Shown here: positions 12,101-26,058 of the stretch, piece after piece
How positions within the stretch are numbered: position 1 is the stretch's first letter
Layout: the number at the start of each line of letters is the position of its first letter
DNA from: Ophelia neglecta
Taxonomy: Eukaryota
Reading direction: 5' to 3'
Length of the DNA: 64,000 nt
Assembly: GCA_965285935.1 (NCBI GenBank)
Contig: OZ260664.1
Span: 89,404,001-89,468,000, forward strand
Notes under the pieces: generated by a model
Seen by the model: the letters and a program-made list of their open reading frames with translations, nothing else
Database searches by the model: none
Told to the model about the DNA's origin: nothing
Made by a program: the position numbers and the translations under genes

Positions 12101-15100
12101 TGTCAATCCACGGTTCTGTATATTAAACAGTAAAATTATCATGACATTTGTAAAGGAATAGCTTTTCTATGACATCCTAAAACAAGATGTAGGTATTAAG
12201 CCAATATAAAGGTGCAGTACAGCACTGAAGTGTGTATAGGAATCCCTTGTATATTGCTGGTTCCTCAAAACTGATTAGTGCTTAATTGTGAACCTAATTT
12301 AAGGGTTAACAGTGTTTCAGAGATTCCTTATTATTCATTATAGCTGTTGATGCCTCCTAGTACACGTATGCAGCCCGGCCTTCTGTCCTGCAGCCTCACC
12401 CAGAGCACCTTTACCCAAGGTATAACACTAGTTGCATTAACCCTTTGATGCCCAAGCAGCTTTATGTGTGTATGTATCATATAGTTATATTATAGTCAGT
12501 ATGTGAACCAATGTATGTTAGTGAATTGTAGTGTGTATGTTAGTGTGTATAAAACCCAAACTCGTCTACCTGAGCTTTTCCACTTTGGCCCCACCTACGA
12601 AGTCGTTAACAAATATGACGTCACTCCAGCCAAAAATAAACTGTATGCCAAGAAATTTTCAAGAGCAGGTAAATTTTGCGAATCCTATTCACACTATATT
12701 TTCGGCCTGAAATTTCTGCGCTAGGCGAAGATAGAGGGATATCCTTTGAAAGGCAGGGCTGCCTAAGGACACAAATTTAAACAGCAGGGAAATCGCAAAA
12801 ATTACCAGCTGGCGAAAAATTCCTGATTTACAGTACTAATTTAAGAAACGTAATCTTTTGGGCGACCTTTTCCTGCTGATCCAACGTTCGTCGTCCGCTA
12901 ATTCCAGACTTCATTAGAAAGAATTTGACTGTAGAAATGCATTAATTTTTAAGTATATTTTGTATATCATTCATCTTTCGTTAATTTCTTATTTAAGAAA
13001 GCAGAACACATGGATAAACAATATTACAAATCACATTTAGCTCTACGTTAAATGTCAATAATGTGAACACTTGGCATTCAATTGCAAAAGTGACAGAAAT
13101 ATTATCTGTAAAATTAAAGTTAGAGAAAATAATAGTCCATTTCTAGATAAAACCTCTTAGAGGGGGCCTATGTTCCGCGACCCATGTAAATGAACGGTAT
13201 TACCAGTCGTGAACTCTTATAAGTTTTATAAGCAAGCAGAGCCAAACTTGCTGGCTCTATTTCAAGTAGGGGTGTCGAGTTTTGCTGGCTTGAGAGTCTT
13301 ATCACAGAGCTGGTTGTCAACTGCCGATGCACATTGAACTAGCTACAATATTCGCACACCATTAATTTCGCTATTAAGAGGGAAGTATCACAGACCAAGC
13401 CATGTTTTTTATTTACAGAGGAATATTGTACTACATAAGATCGACATTGACAACATGGCGATATTATTCGGTAAGTAGAACATCTCTAGCGTGGTGAGTA
13501 ACATTGATCAGCATAGGGCCTGCATGGGAAAAATCTATAGCAGAATTAATGAAACTTTTAACACTGGCTGGCGACTGGCCGTGCGTCCCGTGATTGAGAG
13601 TCCGTGTGACTTTAATAATAGTCACTTCAGCCAGCTCTGCAGGGAGAAATTTATATTTTTCGTCGGGTAAGTGTATCTATCTGTACATCGCCTAAATAAG
13701 AATATTTAGTGAGAATGTACTCTGGTATGATACCGAAAGGAGGAAACCGAATTTTCATTTTTAGCTCACTCAGGCGTGTTGAAATATCCGAATGATCGTA
13801 CCTCATGCATAAAGTATACTAAACTATGCTTTTTCAATTTTTCAAATGTTCATATCTGGGCGGTTTATCAAGTGCTTTTAATATGAACTTGTTAACAACA
13901 TTAAGTGCATTCCTAGGTTTGATATTTTGGATAAATGGATATAGCTCAGGTGTTTTTAAGGGATCGGCAGGATTTCTGTTGCCGTATTTTTGAAGGGGTC
14001 AATTATGATTCATGCATAAAGTATACTAAACTATGCTCATTTTTATATTTGGTTTTGCAAAATGAGTATCTTTTCAATAATTGCTCTGGAGAGCATATTG
14101 AAGTATTGGATGGGTGTCTCCCCCGAGAAGGGGGCCTAAGGGCTACCCAAAACACCCCCTATAATCCCATTAAAGTAAAGGGTTGAGTTGGATGGAGGGG
14201 GGGGGGGGTCGAGACACAGAGGGTCACCTTTTTTTCCCCCTTTAAAGTGTGGGGATTGAGAGGGAGGGAGGGGGCTGGGCAAGATACAGTTAACCCCTCA
14301 TAAACTGTCTTTGTCTATGCAGCAGCTACATGACAATAATAAAAACAAAAAAAAAACGTCTTGGAAAAAAGCTATTTCATCAAACTAACATTAAAAAAAT
14401 TAGTAATAACCAGACTTGTGGATGAATAAGTCAGAAGTATTTGTGTATTCAACCTGCTAGGCAGGGAATCAATGGTGAGTCTACATGGATCTGTTCTGAT
14501 ACAGATAAGAGGGTATTTATACGGCACATTGCTGTCACAGAACAGCCTCACTTCAGGTAAGGACCTGTACTAGATACAAGCTCATGTAATCCAGGTGTAA
14601 TCAGGTATAATCAGGTATAATCACCATTCACGGCCATTAATCAGGCCTATAATTGGAGGAGGGCCTTGCCAGCACTGGTACTGACAGTGTATTTAGAGAA
14701 ACAGGGCACACCGGTACCAACAAGGTCATACAGACATTAATTTGATTGCTAGCGATCGCCAGTTATCGCCAGTTACCGGCGTGCAGTGATCGTGTTAAGC
14801 TGGTAAGGCCGCTGCTGGGCATAAACCAGATTTATGACCATACCTGGAGGGTATTTGACAGGATAGGCAGCTATTGTGAGTTTATGACTGCGATGAGCCA
14901 TTAAAGCATGTTCCTGTTTGGCCGGAAAAGCTAATATTTACATTTTTAGCTCACTCAGGCGTGTTGAAATATCCAAATGATCATACCTCGGCTTATCAAC
15001 GGTTTTGGACAACATATTTTAAGGATGTATCCATATTAAAACCCTCAACATGCGTTTATTTTGGTAGTGTATTATTGTTTATAAACTCAACCCAGTGTTT

Positions 15101-17078
15101 TGAATTTTTCAAATGTTCATATCTGGGCGGTTTATCAAGCAGCCCCTATAACCCCAATAAAGAAAGGTGATGAGATGGATGGAGAGGGGGGGGGGGGTGC
15201 GAGACACAGAGGGTCACCCCTTCATCCCCATTAAGGTGAGCGGAATGAGAGGGAGGGAGGGGGCTGGGCGAGATACAGTTAAACACTCATAAACTGTCTT
15301 TGAAGCAGCTACACAACAATAATGAGACCAAAATTTGTCTTGAAAAAAAATAGCTATTTCATCAAACTGAGAGTAAAGAATTAGTAATAGACAGACTGGT
15401 GGATGAATTAATCAGAGGTATTTGTGTATTTAAACTACTAGGCAGGGAATCAGTGGTGAGTCTACCTGGAGCTGTACACATACAGATAAGAGGGTATTTA
15501 TATGGCGATGGCTGTCACAGAACAGCCCCACTTCTGGTAAGATCCTGTACACGGGTAAAAACAAGGTCATACAGGGATTAATTTGATTGCTAGCGATCGC
15601 CAGTTATCGCCAGTTACCGGCGTGCAGTGATCGTGTTAAGCTGGTAAGGCCGCTACTGGGCATAAACCAGATTTATGACCATACCTGGAGGGTATTTGAC
15701 AGGATAGGCAGCTATTGTGAATTCATGACTGCGATGAGCCATTAAAGAATGTACCTGTTTGGCCGGAAAAGTTATTATTTTTATTATTAGCTCTCTCAGG
15801 CGTGTTGAAATATCCAAATAATCATACCTCGGCTTATCAACGGTTTCGGACAACATATTTTAAGGATGTATCCATTTTAAGACCCTCAACCTGCGTTTAT
15901 TTTGTTAGTGTATTATTGTTTATAAACGCAACCCAGTGTTTGAATTTTTCAAATGTTCATATCTGAGCGGTTTATCAAGTGCTTTTAATATAAACTTGTT
16001 GACATATTAAGTGCATCCCTAGGTTTGGCATTTTCAAATGGATATAGCTCAGGTGTTTTTAAGGGATCGGCAGGATTTCTGTTGCCGTATTTTTGAAGGG
16101 CTCAATTAAGATTCATGTATAAAGTATACTAAACTATGCTCATTTTTATATTTGGTTTTGCAAAATGAATATCATTTCAGTAATTGTTCTGAAGGGCATA
16201 TTGAAGTATTGGGTGGGTGTGTCCTCCCAGAAGGGGGCCTTGGGGCTACCCCAAACACTCCCCAATAACCCAATTAAAGTAAGTGGATGAGATGGATGGA
16301 GAGGGGGGGGGGAGGGGGGGGGACACAGAGGTTTACCGCTTTATCCCCCATTAAAGTGAGGGGATTGAGAGAGGGGAGGCGGCTAGGCGAGGTACTCTTA
16401 ACCCCTCATAAACTGTCCTTGTCTATGCAGCAGCTACATGACAATAATGAGAACAAAAATCGTCTCTAAAAAAGAATCTTTTTCATTAAACTGACGGTAA
16501 AAATTTAGTTATAGCCAGATTTGTGGATGAATAAATCAGAAGTTTTTGTGTATTTAATCTGTTAAGCAGGGAATCAGTGGTGAGTCTACATGAAGCTGTT
16601 CTGATACAGATAAGAGGGTATTTATACGGCACATGGCTGTCACAGAACAGCCCCACTTCTGTTAAGGACCTGTACTAGATACAAGCTCATGTAATCCAGG
16701 TGTAATCAGGTATAATCAGGTATTATCACCATTCACTGTCATTAATCAGGCCTATAATTGCGGAAGGCCTTGCCAGCACTTGCACTGACAGTGTATCAGG
16801 AGAAAAAGGGCACACCGGTACCAACAAGGTCATATAGAGATTGATTTGATTGCTAGCGATCGCCAGTTATCGCCAGTTACCGGCGTGCAGTGATCGTGTT
16901 AAGCTGGTAAGGCCGCTGCTGGGCATAAACCAGATTTATGACCATACCTAGAGGGTATTTGACAGGGTAGGCAGCTATAGTGAGTTTATGACTGCGATGA
17001 GCCATTAAAGAATGTACCACAATACATACTTCACAATTATACACATACTACACATTTATATGGAATTACACATGTTAC

Positions 17079-17320
17079 CTATGCATGAATCTTAGACAAT
17101 AATTGAGCCCTTCAAAAATACGGCAACAGAAATCGCGCAGATCCTTAAAAACACCTGAGCTATACCGTATAATATCGCCATGTTGCCCATGTCGATCTTT
17201 TGTAGTACAATATTCCTGTGTAAATAAAAAACCTGACTTGGTCTGTGATACTTCTTTCTTAATAGCGAAGTTAATGGTGTGCAAATATTGTAGCTAGTTC
17301 AATGTGCATCGGCAGTTGAA
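17079..17320 (-). repeat. Inverted, internally deleted copy of repeat modules
   Basis: 17079-17165 is the reverse complement of ~11846-11930; 17170-17320 is the reverse complement of ~13317-13465. Confidence 0.85.
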
Positions 17321-17696
17321 TGCTAAGCACAAAAAAGATAACTGTTCTGTATATATAGTATATGGGGGGGCCTTGTATTGGAATACTATATGACAATATC
17401 ATGTGTATTAAGATGCCTTTTTTATTTGAGCTCACATGATTTAAAAGTAATAAACAGATGCCTGTCTATGTGCCAATTCCCAAAATTAACTTTTGTTCAT
17501 GCCTTGTACTATTGACTGGCAGCCTACCAGGGCATTACTAGCCCAGGATTAAGGTTTACAGGGTATTTATTTGAGTGCACTTATGTTCATACTGCTGACA
17601 CATGATTTATGTTATCTCACATTCAGTGAAACTGGGATTTTAATATTTCATGAAACAGGAACAGATAAAAAAACAATTCTAATGACAAAGGCCATA

Positions 17697-17924
17697 CCCT
17701 AATTACTCTAATTTTTCAATGATATAGTCTATTTTGACTCTAATTATTCAACTACCCACTGAATGTCAAAAAAGTAATTTGTAATTGTTCTTAATCTTCA
17801 ACCATGTATGCGCTTACAATATTAAAATCATGCTTTGCATTAAATTTCCTGGTTACCTTTAATTATTCAACCACATTCATTCATAATCAATTTATATATC
17901 ATTGAAAAATTAGAGTATTTAGGG
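17697..17924. mobile_element. MITE with ~30-bp TIRs and TA flanks
   Basis: TA|CCCTAATTACTCTAATTTTTCAATGATATA ... TATATCATTGAAAAATTAGAGTATTTAGGG|TA. Confidence 0.75.
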
Positions 17925-18869
17925 TAATATATATATAAATATTCAAGAGTGAACAGAATGTGTGCAGTATTTTTGACGATTTAAATGTTTGCCATGGTGG
18001 TTGATTTTAGGCGCTCTACTATTTAAGCCACGGCAAAAACGAAAAGATAGACAAGCCCTGCTGGTGGGACTCAAACCCAACGCTGGCACGTCGTTTAGCC
18101 CGCGCACAGCCCTACTGCACACACAGGTAGGCCAATGAATAATAAATTAAACAATGACAAACATATAAATACATCAAAAGAATTCAACTTTTCTGCAAAT
18201 CAAAATACACACTTGAACATGATATGGTTGAACACTTACTCCATTTGACAGTCTTCACTGATGACATGGAAAATATATATGTTTTCTTATGTATCATAAG
18301 GTGATCACTAGTGTTCACATGTTTATTTAGACTCTTTATAAATATTTTTTATGGAAAATACAAGTACATTATTGCTTTCTATGCCAAAAGGATTGTGATA
18401 AAAATCTGTAAATTATAGGTAGGGCCTACTAGTACTATCACTAAAGTGAAAGGTGTTTTGTCCATGAAGTTGAATTAGTGTGTTGTACCTGTAAAAATAA
18501 TGGATTAAGGCTGCGAAAATCCGTTCCATTACATGATTACTACCATTAGTAATATACAAAGTTCTGCATAAAATGTAACAGCAACCACAATTATGCAGTA
18601 ACGCTTTACAGATAAGCTCTGGCATCATCATTATAGATATATTGACATAAAAAGCCAAAAGTTACATGAAAGATAATTGTTGTACAAGGGTTCATTGTGG
18701 TAATGTATACCACCTGTGGGATATATCTGGCCGTAAAGGTTAGGCAATATACCTTTGAAAGTTTCAACGGTTATAAATGTATAGGGCCAGCAGTGTTCTT
18801 GTGTTTGTGAACAAACGGCACGTGGTTCTAGAAATAAGAAGTGTGGTAGCACATGAGCAAAATATTTAC

Positions 18870-19068
18870 CTTCAACCGCATGCAAATACCCCTCAAGCCA
18901 ATTACTATAGCCTTTCGTCATTTTAGCCCTGGGTATTTTGGCTGTCCCATTACCCCATGCTTCGACAAACTGGAAACCAATAGGCGGAATATTGTCTAAT
19001 GATCTTGACCACACTTGCCTCGATGTTGTTGGCTCCTGTGTTGCTACGTAAACATGGTCAGCCGCCAT
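18870..19068 (-). pseudogene. Orphan first exon resembling N-termini of SWIM/YqaJ-type accessory proteins of DNA transposons
   Basis: CAAGATGGCGGC start context and a GT donor after 18870. W..SLDNIP...AKMTKGYSNWLEGYLHAVE pattern. It lies just inside a 97-bp inverted-repeat arm (19134-19231). No downstream exons were found. Confidence 0.35.
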
Positions 19069-20998
19069 CTTGGAATTCCGCCAACCACGCCTCGTTCTGA
19101 CGCGGGAATGCCGGCAGCGAGACTGCGAAGTATGCGGAAAAGCTCAGGTAGAAAAGTTAGTCATAAAAGACAAGTTTTCCCGATCATCGAAAGACTTAAT
19201 ATCCAGAGAAACCATTTAAGGCGGTGCACTTTTGGATGAAACCTGTTAGAGGGGGCCTTTGTTATGGGACTCATGTAAATGAACGATATTTGCCAGTCGT
19301 GAACTGTAAGCTTATACGCAAACACAGACAAACTTGCTGGCTCTATGGCAAATAGGTGTGCCGAGTTTGACTGACTTAAGAGTCTATCACAGAGCGCCAT
19401 TGAATAGCCGATACTCATTGAACAACGTCAATATTTTGCACACCATAAATTTCCCTATAAAGAGGGAAGTATAACTGTCCCACTTAAGTCAGGTTCTGAT
19501 TAATAGAGGAATATTGTTCTATATAAGATCGACATTGGCCACATGGCGATATTATTCGGTAAGTAGAACATCTCTAGCGTGGTGAGTAACATTGATCAGC
19601 ATAGGGCCTGCATGGGAAAAATCTATAGCAGAATTAATGAAACTTTCAACACTGGCTGGCCACTACGTCTGTCTCGTGATTGAGAGTCCGTGTGATGGTA
19701 ATAAAAGTCACTTCAGCCAGCTCTGCTGAGAGAAGTTTTCATCGGGTAAGTGTATCTATCTGTACATCGCCTGAATAATGAATAATTTAGTGAGAATGTA
19801 GTCTGGTATGATACGAAAGAGGGTACCAAATTTTCATTTTTAGCTCACTGAAATATCCAAATGATCATACCTCGGGTTATCAACGGTTTTGGAACACATA
19901 TTTTAAGGATGCATCCATGTTAAGACCCTCAACCTGCGTTTATTTAAGTGTATTATTGTTTATTAACGCAACCGAGAGTTTTGAATTTTTCAAATGTTCA
20001 TATCTGGGCGGTTTATCAAGTGGTTTTGAATATAAATTTGTTGACAATATTAAGTGCATCCCTAGGTTTGATATTTTCAAATTGATATGGCTCAGGTGTT
20101 TTTAAGGGATTTGCACGATTTCTGTTGCCGTATTTTTGAAGGGCTCAATTATTGTCTAAGATTCATGCATAAAGTATACTAAACTGTGCTAATTCTTATA
20201 TTTGGTATTGCAAAACGAGCATCATTACAATAATTGATCTGGAGAGCATATACAAGTATAGGGTGTATGTTTCCTCCCAGAAGGGAGTCTGGGGCCTACT
20301 CCAAACACCCCCTATTACCCCATTAAGGTTAGGGAATGAGATGGATGGAGAGGGGCGAATGGGGGGGGGGTACACAGAGGTTTACCCCTTTAGCCCCATT
20401 AAAGTGAGGGGATTGAGAGGGAGGGAGGCGGCTGGGCGAGATACAGTTAACCCCTCATAAACCGCCTTGTCTATGCAGCAGCTACATGACAATAATGAGA
20501 ACAAAAATCGTCTTGAAAAAAAGAAGCTATTTCATCAAACAGACGGTAAAAATTTAGTAATAACCAGACTTGTGGATGAATTAATCGGAAGTATTTGTGT
20601 ATTTAATCTGCTAGGCAGGGAATCAGTGGGTAGTGTACATGGAGCTGAACAGATAAGAGGGTATTCATATTGCACATGGCTGTCACAGAAACAGCCCCAC
20701 TTCAGGTAAGGACCTGTACTAGATTAAAGCTAATGTAATCCAGGTGTAATCAGATATAATCAGGTATAATCACCATTTACGGCCATTAATCAGGCCTATA
20801 ATTGACCATACCTGCAATACCATACGCCGCCTGGTGAAAACCGCAGAACTACGATCGCGCAATGCATTGTGGGAAAAAAGTCGACCACTCCAGTCGGCGG
20901 ACCCAAGCTGTCATAAACAATGCATGGCGTTTTTCATGTTATGCTTAGGTCTGCGTCCTACAACCGTTATTTTGAGCTTTAAAACGAAAGAAGGGACG

Positions 20999-23247
20999 AT
21001 GGTGTTTATATTCGAGGCAGCAGAATGCTTCTCGCATAGCAGGAAGATGAAACACTTGGACAAATATCCTTGGATGGAACAAATATCTTGGGTTAAATGG
21101 CCCCGTGACAAGGCCACATGCAATTAGCGGATTCAGCGGATTATTGCGGAATGAGCGGATTCTTCAGTTAAAACTTAATATAATGTAAGTTACCTATGAA
21201 TTCTAATTTTTCTATATATTTTCTATATTATTTTCCTAGAATTTCTAGATTTTAAAATGTTTATTATCCCGGAATGCGTTTTTGGCAACTTCTCCAAAAT
21301 GGTCTGCAGCCGATACCTCCCCCAGCCTCCAAGCAGAGCACAACACTGCATGGAGACTTGCGCAGTAGACTGACTGGGCATGGCGCACGAGGCTAATCGA
21401 GTGTAGCGTAATTTGTACAAGCAGCGGTACACAGTGAACTCGACCCATTGCGATCTCGACCCAACGCACTCGAGCCACCGGGCTTGCGATCTCGACCTAA
21501 TGAGACTGGTCGAGATTATTAAATTTTGTCAGTGTCCGTGTTGGTGTTTTGGCCTATTCGGATGCGTATACAAGCGATCTCTGGCATGTGCATATCAGAT
21601 GTGTAATTCCCTAGTTCAAATGATATTATTTATGGCGTTCTTCTGAGCAGGTTGGCTGTCCAATGTCCGTAGCCTGTCGCCAGAATACTAAAATCCGAGG
21701 TGGCTTATACACAGGTTTATACTACTATGTTGAGCGCTTAGCGTACAAAATGGAGAGCAGGATAGGAACACCAAACTTTGGTCACAGTTTAATTTTAGCA
21801 AGATGAGTGTCATATAGGCTAATATTGTGCTTTTAATTGGTGTTCACAGAATACTTGAATGAGCCATTGGAAGCTTTGATAGTTGTGGTGATATAATGTG
21901 GACAACTTCGATTAACGCACTTAAAACAGTGGGAACAAATATTCTTAAGTATGTTTTGAGTTTTCCGAACTTTTAGGTGGCCACTATATTATATGTGGTG
22001 TGAAAAAAACATTCTATGCACTAGGGTTAATTTGCTCTCACAAAACTATCATGAAATAAACATTATGTAGTCAGAGCAAAATTTTATCAGTCGCAAAACT
22101 ATTTGAAATAAATGGTCACCATACAAGTTGTTTGTTAATTATACTACAATTTGGGCCTATTTGCCATAGAGTACGTTCAGATGATTCTATCAAGCTGATT
22201 AGTCTTCTACAAAAATAGAAAATATGACATTATCATTATACTCCAAATGACCTATGGGCTGGCAATTTTTCACTGGTCACACTGAGAGATAAAATTGTCA
22301 GAATTTACCACTCTCTTCTACATTTTAAACTGTTAAAGGTTAAAACCAGTGACTGGTGACTTTTCAACATGACTGGGCTAATCAAAGATTAAAACTCATG
22401 CGCTTCACAGAATTACTGGTTACAATATTACAGAAATTCTGAATTAACTGATTGCCCTTGCCTTATTCAGTTATTCTGTGTGTGCGATGAGATGATGACG
22501 CCACGCATGTGACCTGGTGACCATGTGACTGTGCACTGCTAGTTACTAGTAGTAGCCTACACATGACAATGCAGCGTGCAACCAGCATGCTGTCTCACCT
22601 CAGTAGAATTTTAGATGCACTATACTGTTTAAAAGCATACATTACCTCGTTTTTCCAATCTAGAATTTGCGGTTGTAGTTGTCAGTTGGTTGTAGACTGG
22701 TAGAGAGGTCGCACCAGAAACGCGCCGGAAACATCGTTAAACGGTGAAAGTTACGTTACGAAACCGGTGCGGTGAAGTAGTATATGGCTGCTACCGTTTC
22801 AACGAATTTCGCTCTTTCTGGGAGATGAAATGTATGGAGAAGAGATAATAATGATACTGATACTGCCCGTGAACACCGGATTTTTACGGTAATGGCGACC
22901 CATATCTATCGGAATGCCGCCGCGCTCTTTCCGAAACTCCGCTACCAGTCTACAGCCCAAATCCGCTCATTCCGCTATAATCCGCTGAATCCGCTGAATC
23001 CGCTAATTGCATGTGGCCCCGTGACAACCCGGCATCGGTTGCATGATGGCGGCGCCTTGTACGAAGAGAAGGCAAACCTTCGAAGGAAAACTACACGATC
23101 GTTGACAAATTAAACGTGAACAAACGATCTAGGCTGTGTTCTAGACATTTCGACCCAGAACAATTGGTTAATAAACGAGGAGTCGCGATTGGAGATCCGA
23201 AATACTTCGCGTGGAACAACTGGGGACAGCTTGTCAAGCCATCTTGA
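20999..23247 (+). pseudogene. THAP zinc-finger ORF split by a nested transposon
   Basis: Joining 20999-21111 to 23028-23247 gives MVFIFEAAEC...WVKWPRDNPASVA*WRRLVRR...SRLCSRHFDPEQ. It has an internal TGA at 23044, and the first Cys is apparently replaced by Phe. Confidence 0.75.
21112..23018. mobile_element. Non-autonomous TIR element with 9-bp TSD (Mutator- or Merlin-like)
   Basis: TIR GGCCACATGCAATTAGCGGATTCAGCGGATT / AATCCGCTGAATCCGCTAATTGCATGTGGCC. Exact TSD CCGTGACAA at 21103-21111 and 23019-23027. Confidence 0.9.
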
Positions 23248-26058
23248 TCAGCTGTTCGCATGTCCCTGGGTGACCTGCGAAACATGCGCAGTGGGATGCG
23301 CAGTGGCTCGCGAAAAGTGGTCGACCGAGAAATACGAAAACCGTAGTTCTGCGGTCACCACCAGGCGGCGTATGGTATTGCAGGAATGGTCAATTGGAGG
23401 AGGGCCTTGCCAGCACTTGTACTGACAGCGTATCAGGAGAAACAGGGCAAACCGCTACTAACAAGGTCATGCAGGGATTAATTTGATTGCTAGCGATCGC
23501 CAGTTACCGGCATGCAGTGATGGTAAGCTGGTAAGGCCGCTACTGGGCATAAACCAGATTTATGACCATACCTGGAGAGTATTTGACAGGGTAGGCAGCT
23601 ATAGTGAGTTTATGACTGCGATGAGCCATTAAAGCATGTACCTGATTGGCCGGAAAAGGTAATATTTTCATTTTTAGCTCACTCAGGCGTGTTGAAATAT
23701 CCAAATGATCATACCTCGGTTTATCAAGGGTTTGGACAACATATTTTAAGGATGTATCCATATAAAGACCCTCAACCTGCGTTTATTTTGGTAGTGTACT
23801 ATTGTTTATAAACTCAACCCAGTGTTTTGAATTTTTCAAATGTTCATATCTGGACGGATTATCAAGTGGTTTTTAATATAAACTTGTTGACAATATTAAG
23901 TGCATCCCTTGGTTTGACATTTTCAAATAATATAGCTCATGTGTTTTTAAGGGATCTGCGCGATTTCTGTTGCCGTATTTTTGAAGGGGTCAATTAAGAT
24001 TCATGCATAAAGTATACTAAACTATGCTCATTTTTATATTTGGTTTTCAAAATGAGTATCATTTCAATAATTGCTCTGGAGAGCATATTGAAGTATTGGA
24101 TGGGTGTGTCCGCTGAGAAGGGGGCCTGGGGGCTACCCAAAAGACCCCCTATAATCCCATTAAAGAAAAAAGTTGAGATGGATGGAGGGGGGGGGGCGAG
24201 ACACAGAGGGTCACCTTTTTATCCCCCTTTAAAGTGAGGGGATTGTGAGGGAGGGAGGCGGCAGGGCGAGATACAGTTAACCCCTCATAAACTGTCCCTG
24301 TCTATGCAGCAGCTACCCAACAATAATGAGAACTAAAAACGTCATGGGAAAAAAAGGTATTTCATCAAACTAACAGTAAAAAATTTGTAATAGTCAGACT
24401 TGTGGATGAATAAATCAGAAGTATTTGTGTATTTAATCTGTTAAGCAGGGAATCAGTGGTGAGTCTACATGAAGCGGTTCTGATACAGATAAGAGGGTAT
24501 TTATACGGCAAATGGCTGTCACAGAACAGCCCCACTTCAGGTAAGGACCTGTACTAGATACAAGCTCATGTAATCCCGGTGTAATCAGGCATAATCACCA
24601 TTCACTGCCATTAATCAGGCCTATAATTGGAGGAGGGCCTTGCCAGCCCTGGCACTGACAGTGTATTAAGAGAAACAGGGCACACCTGTACCAACAATGT
24701 CATACAGAGATTAATTTGATTGCTAGTGATCGCCAGTTATCGCCAGTTATCGGCATGCAGTGATTGTGTTAAGCTGGTAAGGCCGCTGCCGGGCATAAAC
24801 CAGATTTATGACCATACTTGGAGGGTATTGGACAGGGAAGGCAGATATAGTTTATGACTGCGATGAGCCATTAAAGGATGTACCTGAACGGCGGGAAAAG
24901 GCAGTATGGACGAGATTAAATATAGGGCGGAGGTTGGGAGGGTTGAATTAATTGTCAGAGTTCATGAGGAGGGTGTCGGGTGGGTCTCTCACAAAGGGGG
25001 TCTGGGAGCTTATAGAGGGTGTGGGATGGGTGTCTCCATCTCCGAATGGGGTCTGAGGGCTTAAAGAGGGTGTGTATTTCCTTGGATGGTCGCTCCACCG
25101 CACCTTCACTCAACCAAGACACGAAGACATTCACCCGTTGAGGTGTGTTCAATATGTGGCTACTTGGATGAATCACACACAGTGAAGATTAATCATTTAG
25201 TTAGATCCCAGTAAATGCACTGTAGCATCAATAAAGAACATTTATGTAGAGATAGTTAAGCCCTGATGACCTGAATTCTTTGCTTCTAGGATGAGAGCTG
25301 CTGGGAAGAGATTGGGACCGGGCGTTTGATGTGTATGCAATTTAATACGACATGGGCCGACAGCAGTCTATTTGCCTAATCAGTATCCCCTTACTCTGAG
25401 AAAATATATATGACATATTTTTAAAAGACGAAATTGTATTGATAAATTGATTGTAACATTAATCTGTATGGGCTACATTCATAATTATTAGTTTGCATAT
25501 ATAAACTTAGTTGTGAATACTTTTTTTTTCTTCTCAAATCAACAGCAGAATGTAAGTATGCTGCATCATATTAAATACTTGTTCTGATATTCAAGAGCCG
25601 ACAGGAAACATGCACACACTACCGAATGCCATCAGAATGAGCATGGCCAATCATTATCAGCATCCACACCACGTCCACAGTCCCATGATTCTGGTATAGA
25701 GGTCCAGTCCATCTGGGCTGAGGCCTAGTTTGTCGTGTCCAGTCCAACTTAAAATCAGGGGGTCATTGTGTCAAGTAGACAAGGCCAGTTCACGTCGTAA
25801 GGTCGGCGGTCCAATATGTCTGGTGCAGATGCACAGCCAAAGTCCTAGGTTCACCCGTCGAGTGTGTGGACTGCAGATGCACAGCCAACGTCCCAGGTTC
25901 AGCGGTCCAGCTGTGGTATTTATTTTCTTTTCTAAAAAAAACAGGTAACCATGAATGTCCCTGAAAGGAGCAGCCACGATGGAGATTGAGACATTGGGAC
26001 AGACACCGGAGACGATTTCTACATTGTTGATGATATAAGTGAAGTGGACAATAAAACA

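Larger units (their letters stand above)
20804..23391. mobile_element. Small THAP-carrying TIR DNA transposon (672 bp net of a nested insert)
   Basis: TIRs GACCATACCTGCAATACCATACGCCGCCTGGTG / CACCAGGCGGCGTATGGTATTGCAGGAATGGTC, flanked by AATT on both sides. The empty site GGCCTATAATTGGAGG is seen in sibling repeat units at ~14645 and ~24620. Confidence 0.88.
9160..24897. repeat. Modular long-period repeat field containing a ~1.2-kb tandem unit
   Basis: Module starting GAC(C/T)CATGTAAATGAACG at ~9160, 11050, 13180, 19268. Module CATGGCGATATTATTCGG at ~11294, 13454, 19541. Unit starting TTAGCTCACTCAGGCGTGTTGAAATATCC at ~11590, 13760, 14945, 15787, 19838, 23673. GATCGCCAGTTA(TCGCCAGTTA)CCGG at ~14754, 15595, 16858, 23495, 24728. 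Block 10230-11930 is duplicated at 12553-14020. Confidence 0.9.

Noticed and set aside
12299-12450. piggyBac-like AAGGG-TTAA and TTAA-CCCTT ends
   Set aside because: They face outward and no partner termini could be identified.
18040-18115. tRNA-like B box (GGGTTTGAGTCCCA on the minus strand)
   Set aside because: No cloverleaf or clear A box; at most a decayed SINE head.
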